The notes under the pieces were generated by a model. The model did no database searches. It was not told the origin of the DNA and saw only the letters and a list, made by a program, of their open reading frames with translations. Shown one piece after another: positions 29,319 to 39,615 of a stretch of 64,000 nucleotides of DNA. This DNA comes from Alphaproteobacteria bacterium (GTDB taxonomy: Bacteria > Pseudomonadota > Alphaproteobacteria > Bin95), in the NCBI GenBank assembly GCA_022827685.1, contig JAJEIH010000047.1, forward strand, positions 16,536-80,535, written 5' to 3'. The position numbers were made by a program, and so were the translations under genes. Within the stretch, counting starts at the first letter, position 1; each line of letters begins with the position of its first letter.

Positions 29319-30839
29319 ATGCCGGGTGGAAATGTCCTTCTGGAGGCGCGCGGCATCGTCAAGAGCTTTGGTGGCCTGGCCGCGAACGACCGCATTGACC
29401 TCACCGTGCATGCGGGCGAGATTCATGCGCTGCTCGGCGAGAACGGTGCCGGCAAATCGACTCTCGTAAAAATCCTTTACGGTTCGCTCCAGCCGGATGC
29501 GGGCTCCGTAAGCTGGGAAGGCCGCCCGGCGGCGGTCGGCAATCCCGCCGAGGCGCGCGCGCTCGGCATCGGCATGGTCTTCCAGCATTTCTCGCTCTTC
29601 GAAGGCCTGACCGTCGCCGAGAACATCGCGCTCGCGCTGCCGCCCGATGAGGCCGGAAGCGGGCTCGCCGCCAATGTGCGGTCCGTCTCGGAATCCTACG
29701 GCCTGCCGCTCGATCCGGCGGCGCGGGTGGCCAGCCTGCCGGTGGGCGTGCGCCAGCGCATCGAGATCGTCCGCTGCCTGCTGCAGCGCCCGCGCCTGCT
29801 CATCATGGACGAGCCGACCTCGGTGCTGACGCCGCAGGAGGCCGAACGGCTGTTCGAGACCCTGCGCCGGCTCGCCGGCGAGGGTTGCGCGGTGCTCTAT
29901 ATCAGTCACCGGCTGGAGGAAGTCCGCCAGCTCTGCCACTCCGCAACCGTGCTGCGGCATGGACGGGTAGTCGGCCGGCCGGACCCGAAAACGGCGAGCA
30001 TGGCGGACCTCGCCCGGCTGATGGTGGGCGCCGATGTCGAAGGCGCCGGCAGCCGCGAAGGCGAACCCGCCGCGGCCGGTCCCGTCCGTCTCGCCGTCCG
30101 CGGCCTCTCGCTGGAGGCCGACACCCCCTTCGGCGTCTCGCTGGAGGACATTTCGCTCGAAGTCCGCGGCGGCGAGATCGTGGGCGTGGCGGGCGTCGCC
30201 GGAAACGGCCAGGACGAGTTGTTCGCCGCGCTCTCCGGGGAGACGCCCGCCTTCGACGACGACGCCGTCGAAATCGACGGCCGGGCCTGCGGGCGGATGG
30301 GACCGCGGTGGCGCAGGCGCCTGGGCGCGGCCTTCATCCCGGAGGAGCGGCTGGGCCATGCCGCCGTGCCGGCCATGCGGCTTTCGGAGAATGCCGTTCT
30401 CACGCGGCACGGCACCGACCCGGAGCTGGCGACGGGCGGCCTCCTGCACCTCTCACAGGCGCGCGGCCTCGCGCGGCGCATCGTGGAGCGCTTCGATGTG
30501 CGCGCGCCGGAGGGCGACCCGGAGGCCGGGGCGCTTTCGGGAGGCAACCTGCAGAAATTCGTCGTGGGCCGCGAACTCGACCGCAGGCCGGGCGTGCTGG
30601 CGGTGAGCCAGCCGACCTGGGGCGTCGATATCGGCGCGGCGACCGAGATCCGCCGCGAACTGGCCGCGCTGGCGCGGGACGGGGCCGCCGTTCTCGCGAT
30701 CAGCCAGGACTTGGACGAAATTCTCGAGATCTCCGACCGCATTGCCGTGATCTCGCGGGGCCGGCTCTCCCCGGCGGTCCCAACCGGAGATACGTCCAGG
30801 GAGGCCATCGGCCTGCTCATGGGCGGCGCGGGGGACTGA
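29319..30839 (+). CDS. ABC transporter ATP-binding protein with duplicated ATPase domains (BMP/nucleoside-type uptake system)
   Basis: Two Walker A sites (GENGAGKST; GVAGNGQDELF-type) and two signature motifs (LPVGVRQRIEIV; LSGGNLQKFVVG). Confidence 0.85.
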   Translation: MPGGNVLLEARGIVKSFGGLAANDRIDLTVHAGEIHALLGENGAGKSTLVKILYGSLQPDAGSVSWEGRPAAVGNPAEARALGIGMVFQHFSLFEGLTVAENIALALPPDEAGSGLAANVRSVSESYGLPLDPAARVASLPVGVRQRIEIVRCLLQRPRLLIMDEPTSVLTPQEAERLFETLRRLAGEGCAVLYISHRLEEVRQLCHSATVLRHGRVVGRPDPKTASMADLARLMVGADVEGAGSREGEPAAAGPVRLAVRGLSLEADTPFGVSLEDISLEVRGGEIVGVAGVAGNGQDELFAALSGETPAFDDDAVEIDGRACGRMGPRWRRRLGAAFIPEERLGHAAVPAMRLSENAVLTRHGTDPELATGGLLHLSQARGLARRIVERFDVRAPEGDPEAGALSGGNLQKFVVGRELDRRPGVLAVSQPTWGVDIGAATEIRRELAALARDGAAVLAISQDLDEILEISDRIAVISRGRLSPAVPTGDTSREAIGLLMGGAGD

Positions 30840-30845
30840 CGGCCG

Positions 30846-31933
30846 TGCGGATCGAACTCCGGCATCGGACGGAAGACTCCCGCCTCATGGTCTGGCTGTC
30901 GCCGCTGCTGGCCCTCGGACTCACGCTCGTCTTCGGCACTTTCCTGTTCGCGGCGCTGGGACACGACCCGTTTCGGGCGCTCTACGTCTATTTCGTCAAG
31001 CCGCTCACCGAGGCCTGGTCGCTCGAGGAGATCGTCGTCAAGGCGACGCCGCTGGCCCTGATCGGGGTCGGGCTCGCGCTCGTCTTCCGCGCCAATGTCT
31101 GGAACATCGGCGCCGAGGGCCAATACACGGTGGGCGCCATCTGCGGGTCGGTCCTGCCGGTCATGCTGCCCGATCTGCAGGGGCCGCTGCTGCTGCCGGC
31201 CGTGCTGGTATGCGGCGCGTTCGGAGGCATGGCGTGGGCGGCGATACCCGCCTTCTTCCGCGTCCGGTTCGGCGCCAACGAAATCCTGACCTCGCTGATG
31301 CTGGTCTATGTGGCGCAACTCCTTCTGGACTGGCTGGTGCGCGGCCCGTGGCGCAACCCGGAGGGATATAATTTTCCCGAATCGCGGCTCTTCGAAGCCG
31401 ATGCGGTGATACCGGCGCTGGCCGGACGGATGCACTTCGGCACGATATTCGCGCTGGTTGCGGTTGCGGCGCTCGCCATCGTCCTCGGGCGGACCCTCAA
31501 GGGGTTCGAGTTCCGGGTCATCGGGGCGGCCCCCCGGGCCGGCGCCTTCGCCGGCTTCTCCGAACGCCGCTCCATCGTGGCCGTGCTGCTGATTTCCGGC
31601 GGACTTGCGGGCGTTGCGGGCATCGGCGAGGTGTCGGGCACCATCGGGCAGCTCCACCCGTCCATCTCGCCCGGCTACGGCTTCACGGCCATCATCGCCG
31701 CCTTTCTCGGGCGGCTGAACCCGTTGGGCGTGCTGTTCGCCTCCCTGCTGCTGGCGCTCACCTATATCGGCGGCGAGGCGGCCCAAGTCTCGCTCGGCGT
31801 CTCCGACAAGATCGCCCGCGTGTTCCAGGGGGCGATCCTGATCTTCGTGCTGGCCTGCGACGTGTTCATCCGCTACCGCCTCCACTTCCAGCCGATGCGC
31901 CGCCCGGCGGCGCGCGCGGAGGACGCGCCGTGA
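30846..31933 (+). CDS. ABC transporter permease (BMP-family system, first permease)
   Basis: Multi-TM protein VRIELRH...MVWLSPLLALGLTLVFG.... The start could be the GTG at 30846 or the ATG at 30887. Confidence 0.8.
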
Positions 31934-32850
31934 CTGGCTTCGAGGCGGTCGTCCTTACCATCGTCACGGCCGCGACGCCGCTGCTGATCGCGGCGCTCGG
32001 CGAGCTTGTGACGGAGCGCTCGGGCGTCCTCAATCTCGGCGTCGAGGGCATGATGATCGTCGGCGCCGTGACCGGCTTCGCGGGCGCTCAGCTGACCGGC
32101 TCCCCCTATCTGGGCGTCATCGCCGCCATGGCGGGCGGGATGGCGCTTTCCAGCCTGTTCGGCTTCCTGGTGCTGCGGCTTGCCGCCAACCAGGTCGCGT
32201 CCGGGCTCGCGCTCACGCTGCTCGGGCTCGGCCTCTCGGGCATGATCGGCGAGGCCTTCATCGGGCAGCCGGGCCTCAAGCTCGAACGCATCGACATCCC
32301 GTTCCTGACGGACCTGCCGGTGGTCGGGACCATCCTGTTCGGGCAGGACCCGCTGGTCTATGCGTCGGTGACGCTGGCGGTATGCGTCTCCCGCTTCCTG
32401 TTCCGCACCCGGGCCGGACTGGCGCTGCGCGCCGTCGGCAACAACCACGCCTCCGCCCACATGCTGGGCGTCCATGTCATCCGGACCCGCTTCCTGGCGG
32501 TCCTGTTCGGCGGGGCCTGTTCCGGGCTGGCCGGCGGCTACCTGTCGCTCGCCTACACGCCGCAATGGGTCGAGGGCATGACCGCGGGGCGGGGATGGAT
32601 CGCGCTGGCGCTCGTGGTGTTCGCAAGCTGGATGCCGCTGCGCGCTGCCGTCGGCGCCTATCTCTTCGGCGGCGCGCTCATCCTCCAATTTCATGCACAG
32701 GCGGAAGGAATCCCGCTGCCGTCGCAGTTCCTTTCGGCCCTGCCGTATATTGCGACGGTCGCCGCGCTGGTGATACTCTCGCGCGATCGATGGACGGCGA
32801 GGAACGACTCGCCGTCCTGCCTCGGACAGGTGTTCGTCCCGGACCGGTAG
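31930..32850 (+). CDS. ABC transporter permease (second permease)
   Basis: 306 aa multi-TM protein. Its start overlaps the preceding permease's stop. Confidence 0.85.
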   Translation: MTGFEAVVLTIVTAATPLLIAALGELVTERSGVLNLGVEGMMIVGAVTGFAGAQLTGSPYLGVIAAMAGGMALSSLFGFLVLRLAANQVASGLALTLLGLGLSGMIGEAFIGQPGLKLERIDIPFLTDLPVVGTILFGQDPLVYASVTLAVCVSRFLFRTRAGLALRAVGNNHASAHMLGVHVIRTRFLAVLFGGACSGLAGGYLSLAYTPQWVEGMTAGRGWIALALVVFASWMPLRAAVGAYLFGGALILQFHAQAEGIPLPSQFLSALPYIATVAALVILSRDRWTARNDSPSCLGQVFVPDR

Positions 32851-32909
32851 GAGGGCATCTCCGCCCCGCGGCGCTTTCGACCGGCCGGAAGCCGATTGGA
32901 GAACAGGAA

Positions 32910-33974
32910 ATGATGAGAGCTACCGTCCTCGCCGTTTTCGCCGCGATGCTGGCGCTTCCGGCCGCGCAGGCCGCCGATCCCGTCAAGGCGGCGTTCGTCT
33001 ATGTCGGCCCGATCGGCGACCACGGCTGGACCTACCAGCACGACCAGGGCCGCCTCGCCGTCGAAAAGGCTTTCGGCGACAAGGTCGAGACCGTCTATAT
33101 CGAGAACGTGGCGGAAGGCCCGGACGCCGAGCGCGCCATCGAGCGGTTCGCGCGCGAGGGGGCGGACATCGTCTTCACCACCTCCTTCGGCTTCATGAAC
33201 CCGACGATAAAGGTCGCCAAACGCTTCCCGGACGTGAAGTTCGAGCACGCCACGGGCTACAAGCGGGCCGACAATGTCGCGACCTACTCCGCGCGCTTCT
33301 ATGAAGGCCGCTATGTCATCGGCCAGATCGCGGCCAAGATGTCCAAGTCGGGCGTTGCGGGCTATGTCGCGTCGTTCCCGATTCCCGAAGTCGTGCGCGG
33401 CATAAACTCCTTCCTGCTCGGCGCGCAGTCCGTCAACCCGGACTTCAAGCTGAAGATCGTCTGGGTGAACACCTGGTTCGACCCCGGCAAGGAGGCCGAC
33501 GCCGCCAAGGCGCTGATCGACCAGGGCGCCGACATCATGACCCAGCACACCGACAGCCCGGCGCCGATCCAGATCGCCGGAGAGCGCGGCGTCCACGGGT
33601 TCGGCCAGGCCTCTGACATGGACGCCTTCGCGCCCGCCGCCCACTACACGGCGATCATCGACGACTGGAGCGCTTACTATATTGCCCGCGTGAAGGCGGT
33701 GCTCGACGGCACGTGGGAATCGGGCGACGTGTGGGGCGGCTTCGACGCCGACATGGTGGTCATGGCCCCCTACACCGACCTGCCGGAGGATGTCGCGGCC
33801 GACGCCGCCGCCATGGTCGAGAAGATCCGCTCCGGCGAATTCCATCCCTTCACCGGCCCGATCCACGACCAGGAAGGCAAGCTCCGCATCGCCGAGGGCG
33901 AGCGGGCCGACGAGGGCATGCTGCTCGGCATGAACTGGTATGTGAAGGGCGTTGACGACAAGCTGCCCCAGTAG
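32910..33974 (+). CDS. BMP-family (basic membrane protein / PnrA-like) ABC substrate-binding protein, probable purine-nucleoside binder
   Basis: A signal peptide (MMRATVLAVFAAMLALPAAQA) is followed by a BMP fold (VGPIGDHGWTYQHDQG, NTWFDPGKE). Confidence 0.85.
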   Translation: MMRATVLAVFAAMLALPAAQAADPVKAAFVYVGPIGDHGWTYQHDQGRLAVEKAFGDKVETVYIENVAEGPDAERAIERFAREGADIVFTTSFGFMNPTIKVAKRFPDVKFEHATGYKRADNVATYSARFYEGRYVIGQIAAKMSKSGVAGYVASFPIPEVVRGINSFLLGAQSVNPDFKLKIVWVNTWFDPGKEADAAKALIDQGADIMTQHTDSPAPIQIAGERGVHGFGQASDMDAFAPAAHYTAIIDDWSAYYIARVKAVLDGTWESGDVWGGFDADMVVMAPYTDLPEDVAADAAAMVEKIRSGEFHPFTGPIHDQEGKLRIAEGERADEGMLLGMNWYVKGVDDKLPQ

Positions 33975-35319
33975 CGGCCCGCCCGCCCGGAACGGCGCCG
34001 ATGCCGTCGTTCTGGGCCGCCTGATCGACTTTTCTGGCGACCCGGCCGCGCTCGGCCGGGTCGCCGTCCGCGACAGTCCGGGCGGCGCGCTCGCGCTCAG
34101 AGGGGGGCGCATTGCCTGGGCGGGCGCCGCCGCCGACCTGCCGGCGGATTTCGCGGACACGCCGCGCCGGGACTACGGGCAGTGCCTCGTGCTGCCGGGC
34201 TTCGTCGACCCGCATATCCACTTCCCGCAATACCGAATCGCCGCCGCCGGAGGCCGCGGCCTGCTGGACTGGCTCGACCGCTTCGCCTTCCCCGAAGAGG
34301 TGCGCTATGCGGACGGGGACCATGCCGCCGCCGCGGCCGAGATGTTCCTTGACCTCCTTCTGGCCCACGGCACGACGGCGGCGCTTGTCTTCTCCACTGT
34401 CCACGAGGAGGCTGCCGACCGGCTCTTCGCGGCAGCGGAACGCCGCGGCATGGCGCTCGCCGCCGGCAAGACCCTCATGGACCGGGGTGCGCCCGCAGCG
34501 CTCCGCGACGACGCCGAGGGCGGACTGCGCGCGAGCGAGCGGCTCCACGCCCGCTGGCACGGGCGGGGGCGATTGCGCTACGCCGTCTCGCCCCGCTTCG
34601 CCATCACATCGGGGGCGGCGCAGCTCGCGGCGGCGGGGGAGTTCCTGGAGAGCCATCCCGACGCGCTGATGCAGACGCATCTCTCCGAGACGCCGGAGGA
34701 AATCGCCGAGGTCGCCCGCCTGTTCCCGGACGCCGCCGACTACACCGATGTTTACGACCGCTTCGGCCTGCTCGGGCCGACGAGCCTGTTCGCGCACGGC
34801 GTCCACCTTTCGGCGCGCGAGCGCGAGCGGCTGGGCGAGGCCGGCTCGGCTGTGGTCCACTGCCCCACCTCGAACGCCTTTCTGGGCTCGGGCCTGTTCG
34901 ACATCGGGCCCTATTCGCCGGAGGCCGGGGCCGCCACGCCGCGCCTTGCGGTCGCCACCGACATAGGCGGCGGCACAAGCTATTCGCTCCCCGCGACCCT
35001 GGGCGCGGCCTACCGGACGGCGCAACTCCGGGGCAGGCGGCTTGCGCCGGAACGCGCCTTCTACCTTGCGACGCTGGGCAACGCCGAAGCGCTCGGCATG
35101 GAAACGGAAATCGGGCGGCTGGAACCCGGATTCCATGCCGACCTCGTGGTGCTCGACCCCCGGGCGACGCCGCTGCTGGCCGCGCGCGATGCGCTCAGTG
35201 AAACGCTCGCCGACACGCTGCTCGCCCTGATGATCCTGGGCGACGACCGAATCGTCCGGGCAAGCTGGGTTGCGGGGCGGCAATTGCACCCGAAGCCGGA
35301 CGACAGCCCGGCGGGCTGA
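33952..35319 (+). CDS. guaD: Guanine deaminase (amidohydrolase family)
   Basis: It aligns along its full length with E. coli GuaD (VLPGFVDPHIHFPQ, HGTTAALVF, HLSETPEEIAEV, HCPTSNAFLGSG). The start is uncertain: the TTG at 33952 overlaps the SBP gene's 3' end. Confidence 0.8.
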   Translation: MTTSCPSSGPPARNGADAVVLGRLIDFSGDPAALGRVAVRDSPGGALALRGGRIAWAGAAADLPADFADTPRRDYGQCLVLPGFVDPHIHFPQYRIAAAGGRGLLDWLDRFAFPEEVRYADGDHAAAAAEMFLDLLLAHGTTAALVFSTVHEEAADRLFAAAERRGMALAAGKTLMDRGAPAALRDDAEGGLRASERLHARWHGRGRLRYAVSPRFAITSGAAQLAAAGEFLESHPDALMQTHLSETPEEIAEVARLFPDAADYTDVYDRFGLLGPTSLFAHGVHLSARERERLGEAGSAVVHCPTSNAFLGSGLFDIGPYSPEAGAATPRLAVATDIGGGTSYSLPATLGAAYRTAQLRGRRLAPERAFYLATLGNAEALGMETEIGRLEPGFHADLVVLDPRATPLLAARDALSETLADTLLALMILGDDRIVRASWVAGRQLHPKPDDSPAG

Positions 35320-35328
35320 CCCCGCGCG

Positions 35329-35991
35329 TCAGCAGTCCGCCGGGGCTACGCCGGTCTCCCGCATGGCGCTGCCCAGCGCGGGGGCGTCGATCCTGCGGCG
35401 AAGCTGGTCGCGCACGTCGCGCCAGCGGAAGCGGATCGAATTCATGACAATTTCCCGGTCGAGTTCCTTGTATTCGTCGATAACCGGCGCAAAGCGGACC
35501 AGGTCCGCCTCGCTGCCGGAAAAGGCCCACCGGCCTTCCGCCGCCGCCGGCCAGTCGGTCGCCCGGACCCGGAGACCGAACCGCTCCAGCGCCTCCGCCG
35601 GCACGGGGCCCGCGCCGGCATCCGCCAGACCCCGCTCCGCAGCCCGGCGGAAACAGTGCTGCGCCAGCGCCGCCGCGCCGCCCGGCGGCAGCGCCCCGTC
35701 CCTTTCGCAAAGCGCCGCCGCAAACACCGTCAAATCCGCAAGACAGGAAAGAAACAGCTTTACGGCCGCCGTGCGAATCGAGTCCGAGAAGGTGTCGTCC
35801 TCGAAATAAATCCGGTAACTCGTGCCCATCCGCGTTTTCAGATAACCATAGAGCGAAGTCTGCGCGACATAAGACGAGCGCGTCTGCAGAAAGTCGGCCA
35901 GCACATCCGACGTATTGAGCCTGTGACGCTCGAAACGCGGACGAAATCTTTCCACAAATGTTGCGAGACCGGAAACGCTTTTGCGCAACAT
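35329..35991 (-). CDS. Hypothetical protein (family not recognised)
   Basis: 220-aa ORF with reasonable GC3 bias, divergent from the DUF4212/SSS operon. No motif I can name. Confidence 0.5.
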   Translation of the reverse strand: MLRKSVSGLATFVERFRPRFERHRLNTSDVLADFLQTRSSYVAQTSLYGYLKTRMGTSYRIYFEDDTFSDSIRTAAVKLFLSCLADLTVFAAALCERDGALPPGGAAALAQHCFRRAAERGLADAGAGPVPAEALERFGLRVRATDWPAAAEGRWAFSGSEADLVRFAPVIDEYKELDREIVMNSIRFRWRDVRDQLRRRIDAPALGSAMRETGVAPADC

Positions 35992-36146
35992 ATCCGCTTT
36001 TTCGGGTTCACACGCGCGGGAATCTCGATTATAGGCGACTGTGGCTCGGTGCGGTATCCCCGATCCTGTGAAGAAGTCCGGAGTGCCGATCGGAAAGGTC
36101 GGGGAGGCCGTCGCCCGAACAACAATAAGGAAGGGGAGAGAGACGC

Positions 36147-36410
36147 ATGGCGGAAGTTAGTGCCGAAACCCGGCAAGCGCATTGGAGGAAAACCTCCACC
36201 CTAACCTACGTGATCCTGGCGTTGTGGTTCCTGTTCGGATACGTGGTGCCATGGTTCGCCAAGGAGCTTGATGCGGCGTCCTTCCTCGGATTCCCGCTTG
36301 GCTACTACTTCATCGTGCAGGGCTCGCTGATCATTTTCGTGCTGCTGATCGTTGTCCAGAACATCTTCCAGGACAACATCGACGAAGAGCACGGGGTGGC
36401 CGAGGAATAA
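36147..36410 (+). CDS. DUF4212 small membrane protein (putative SSS-transporter accessory subunit)
   Basis: 87 aa with two TM segments and the typical GFPLGYYF motif. It lies immediately upstream of a sodium:solute symporter. Confidence 0.8.
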   Translation: MAEVSAETRQAHWRKTSTLTYVILALWFLFGYVVPWFAKELDAASFLGFPLGYYFIVQGSLIIFVLLIVVQNIFQDNIDEEHGVAEE

Positions 36411-36422
36411 GGGGAGCGGCTC

Positions 36423-38240
36423 ATGAACACACAAGCGCAAGGCACGAGGTTCGTTGACAGGCTGGGCAGGGTGTACGGCCTGTACACGCTGGGCTTCCTC
36501 GCCTTCTTCGCCCTCATGGCCATTATCGAGCAGTTCGGCGTCGGCGCCAGGACCATCGGCGTGCTGTTCCTGCTCTTCACCCTCGCGATCTACGCCACCA
36601 TCGGCTGGCTGTCGCGCACCATGCAGGTGGATGCCTATTACGTTGCGGGCCGGGAGGTCCCGTCTCTCTACAACGGCATGGCGACGGCTGCGGACTGGAT
36701 GTCCGGCGCGTCTTTCGTGGCGCTTGCCGGCGGCATCTATTTCGGCGGCTATCCCTATCTGGGCTTCGTCATCGGCTGGACCGGCGGCTATGTGCTGGTC
36801 AATGCGTTGATGGCGCCCTATCTGCGCAAGTTCGGCTGCTACACGGTGCCCGACTTCATCGGCACCCGCTACGGCGGCAATCTCGCGCGGTTCTGCGCGG
36901 TCTTCGTCCTGGTGATTGCGTCCTTCACCTATGTGACGGCGCAGATCAACGCTACCGGCACGATCGCGGCCCGCGCGCTCTCCATCCCGTTCGAGATCGG
37001 CGTGTGGTTCGGCCTGCTGGGCATCCTGCTCTGCTCCATGCTGGGCGGCATGCGCGGCGTGACCTGGACGCAGGTGGCGCAGTACATCGTGCTCATCATC
37101 GCCTATCTGGTGCCGCTGATCTGGATGTCGAACGAACAGGGCTTCGGCATTATCCCGCACTTCGGCTATGGCGAGGCCGCGCAGCGGATCGCCGAACTCG
37201 AGGCGGAATACGGACTGCAGCCGGCGGCCGAGGCCGTGGCGGGGCTGAAAGTGCTGACAACGGCGCATTTCGATCCGCAAACCTCGCTCGACAGCTGGAA
37301 GTTCGTCACGCTCGCCCTCGCCATGATGGCCGGCACGGCGTCGCTGCCGCACATCCTGATGCGGTATTTCACGACGCCGTCGGTGCGCCAGGCGCGCAAG
37401 TCGGTCGGCTGGTCGCTGTTTTTCATCTTCCTGCTGTATTTCTCGGCGCCGGCGCTCGCCACGCTGACGAAGCTGCAGCTGCTGGACCCGGGCCTCGCAA
37501 CCGCGGTGGTCGGCAAGGCGGTGGAAGATGTGATGGCGCTGGAGTGGGTGAAGAACTGGTCGGCCGTGGGCATGCTGTCGGTCGTGGACCAGAGCGGCGA
37601 CGGCATCGTGCAGCTCAACGAGTTCTTCATGCGGCCCGACATCGTCGTGCTGGCCACGCCCGAGATCGCGGGCCTGCCCTATGTGATCTCCGGCCTGGTC
37701 GCGGCGGGCGGCATGGCGGCGGCCATGTCCACCGCCGACGGGCTGCTGCTGGCGATCGCCAATGCGCTCAGCCACGATCTCTACTACAAGATCATCGACC
37801 CGCAGGCCGATACGCGCCGCCGCCTGATCGTGGCCCGCGTGCTGCTGGTCGGTATCGGCGCGCTGGCCGCCGCCGTGGCTTCGCTGAAGCTCACCGGCAT
37901 CCTGGGCGCGGTGGCATGGGCGTTCTGCTTCGCCGGCTCGGGGCTGTTCTTCCCGCTGGTGCTCGGCATCTGGTGGAAGAGGGCCAACCGGCAGGGCGCT
38001 ATCGCCGGCATGATCGCCGGCTTCGTGGCAGGCTCCATCTATCTGTGGTGGACCTATACCAGCGGCGAAACCTGGTTCAGCCTCGACCATCTGCGGTTCA
38101 GCATCATCGGCATGCCGGTCTCGCTGGTGGCGATGGTGGTCGTGTCGCTGATGACGCCGGAGCCAGATGCGGAAACGCAGGCCATGGTGGACGAAACCCG
38201 TATCCCGACGGGCGATTCCATTCTGGCCGAGACGCATTGA
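36423..38240 (+). CDS. Sodium:solute symporter family transporter (cation/acetate symporter-like)
   Basis: 605 aa with about 13-14 TM segments and SSS-family motifs. Confidence 0.85.
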   Translation: MNTQAQGTRFVDRLGRVYGLYTLGFLAFFALMAIIEQFGVGARTIGVLFLLFTLAIYATIGWLSRTMQVDAYYVAGREVPSLYNGMATAADWMSGASFVALAGGIYFGGYPYLGFVIGWTGGYVLVNALMAPYLRKFGCYTVPDFIGTRYGGNLARFCAVFVLVIASFTYVTAQINATGTIAARALSIPFEIGVWFGLLGILLCSMLGGMRGVTWTQVAQYIVLIIAYLVPLIWMSNEQGFGIIPHFGYGEAAQRIAELEAEYGLQPAAEAVAGLKVLTTAHFDPQTSLDSWKFVTLALAMMAGTASLPHILMRYFTTPSVRQARKSVGWSLFFIFLLYFSAPALATLTKLQLLDPGLATAVVGKAVEDVMALEWVKNWSAVGMLSVVDQSGDGIVQLNEFFMRPDIVVLATPEIAGLPYVISGLVAAGGMAAAMSTADGLLLAIANALSHDLYYKIIDPQADTRRRLIVARVLLVGIGALAAAVASLKLTGILGAVAWAFCFAGSGLFFPLVLGIWWKRANRQGAIAGMIAGFVAGSIYLWWTYTSGETWFSLDHLRFSIIGMPVSLVAMVVVSLMTPEPDAETQAMVDETRIPTGDSILAETH

Positions 38241-38324
38241 CGGCCAACCGGCCTGCAGGCGCTGACGGAGGCGGGGCTTCGGCCCCGCCTCCAGCCGCGC
38301 CTGCAATCCTTCCGGCGAGGCGGC

Positions 38325-38687
38325 ATGGATAGCCTCGCGCATGCGCTGCCCGGCTGGGTGGTGCTTCTGGACTATATTCTGGGCGTGGCGATGTGGACCC
38401 TGGTCGGCCGCTCCGCCATGAACATCTTTCTGCCGGTCACGTCCGACTTCTTCTTCATGAAGGCTTTCGTGAAGATGACGGACCCGATCCTCAAGGTCTT
38501 CAAGCCGGTGACACCGGGCTTCCTGATCGATCCCGTCGTGCCGCTTTACGTCGCCTGGTTCTTCTTCCTGTTCCGCTTCTATGCCATGCCCTGGCTGCTC
38601 GGTTATTCCGTGCTCGGCATGCTCTCCTTCCCGCTCGAAGGCGAAGTGGCCGCCATGCTCTACGACATTTTCGGCAGCGGCCTGTAG
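38325..38687 (+). CDS. YggT-like small membrane protein
   Basis: 120 aa. FVKMTDPILKVFKPVTPGFLIDPVVPL resembles the YggT repeat (TxP-loop). Confidence 0.5.
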   Translation: MDSLAHALPGWVVLLDYILGVAMWTLVGRSAMNIFLPVTSDFFFMKAFVKMTDPILKVFKPVTPGFLIDPVVPLYVAWFFFLFRFYAMPWLLGYSVLGMLSFPLEGEVAAMLYDIFGSGL

Positions 38688-38721
38688 GGGCCTTGCGCGG
38701 GCGCGGGGAAGAGGAGCCGCG

Positions 38722-39588
38722 ATGATCCGCACCGTCCTCCTGTCGTTTGCCCTCTTGCTTGCGGCCGGACCGCTGGAGGCGGAGCCCTACAAGGGCTTCC
38801 CGCGCGGCCACGCCCTCATTTCCGCAGCCGCGCTGAACGCCCTTCTGGACGGTCCCGGGCCAAAACCCGTCGTGCTGGCGGCGGTCGGCCGGGTGCCCTG
38901 GTTGCTGGGGCATATTCCGGGCGCGCAGCGCGTCCAGCGCCGCGCCTATACCGACCGCAACGGCATGGCTGTGGACCGGGAGCGTTTCCAGGCGTTCGCG
39001 CGCAGCCTCGGCATAGACGACGGGACTCCCGTCGTCGTCTATGACAACACCTATGACGCCGCGCGCCTCTGGTGGCTGTTCCGGCTATACGGGAAGACCG
39101 ATGTGAGGGTTCTGGACGGCGGCTGGCGGGCCTGGGACGAGGCGGGTTACGCCGTCGAGCGCGGTCCCGGCGGAGCGGCGCCGAAGGCCGGGAACTTCAC
39201 GGCCGCGCCCGCGCTCGCCGGCTGGACGGCCGGCTTCGATGAGGTGGCGCAGGCCCGTCCGGACGCGGGCGCACATCTCTGGGATGCGCGCGACACGCCG
39301 GAGTGGAAGGGGACCGGCCCCATCGGCGAAGCCCGCTTCATCGGCTGGCGGGCGTTTCGCAGGACGGATGAGGGCCGGCCCGCGGAGTTCCGCACCGCCG
39401 CTGAAATCGACGCCATCCTCCGGAAGGCGGGCTTCGAACCGGACCGGGACCACATCTTCTACTGCCATTCCGGCGTGCGCGCCGCCACGCCGATGCTCGC
39501 GCTCTACCTCATGGGCTATCCCGTCGAACGCCTGCGCCTCTATGACGGCTCCTGGATGGAATGGAGCCGGCGGGCGTCGCGGGGTTAG
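38722..39588 (+). CDS. Rhodanese-domain sulfurtransferase (thiosulfate/3-mercaptopyruvate type) with signal peptide
   Basis: A signal peptide (MIRTVLLSFALLLAAGPLEA) is followed by two rhodanese domains. The active-site loop is CHSGVRAA. Confidence 0.8.
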   Translation: MIRTVLLSFALLLAAGPLEAEPYKGFPRGHALISAAALNALLDGPGPKPVVLAAVGRVPWLLGHIPGAQRVQRRAYTDRNGMAVDRERFQAFARSLGIDDGTPVVVYDNTYDAARLWWLFRLYGKTDVRVLDGGWRAWDEAGYAVERGPGGAAPKAGNFTAAPALAGWTAGFDEVAQARPDAGAHLWDARDTPEWKGTGPIGEARFIGWRAFRRTDEGRPAEFRTAAEIDAILRKAGFEPDRDHIFYCHSGVRAATPMLALYLMGYPVERLRLYDGSWMEWSRRASRG

Positions 39589-39615
39589 CGTCGGACGCCG
39601 CGCCGGGGCCGTTCC

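Noticed and set aside
27063-30839. 1258-aa plus-strand ORF
   Set aside because: Most of it is antisense to the RND exporter with Arg/Gly/Asp-rich low-complexity translation. Only the segment from about 29319 (the ABC ATPase) is real.
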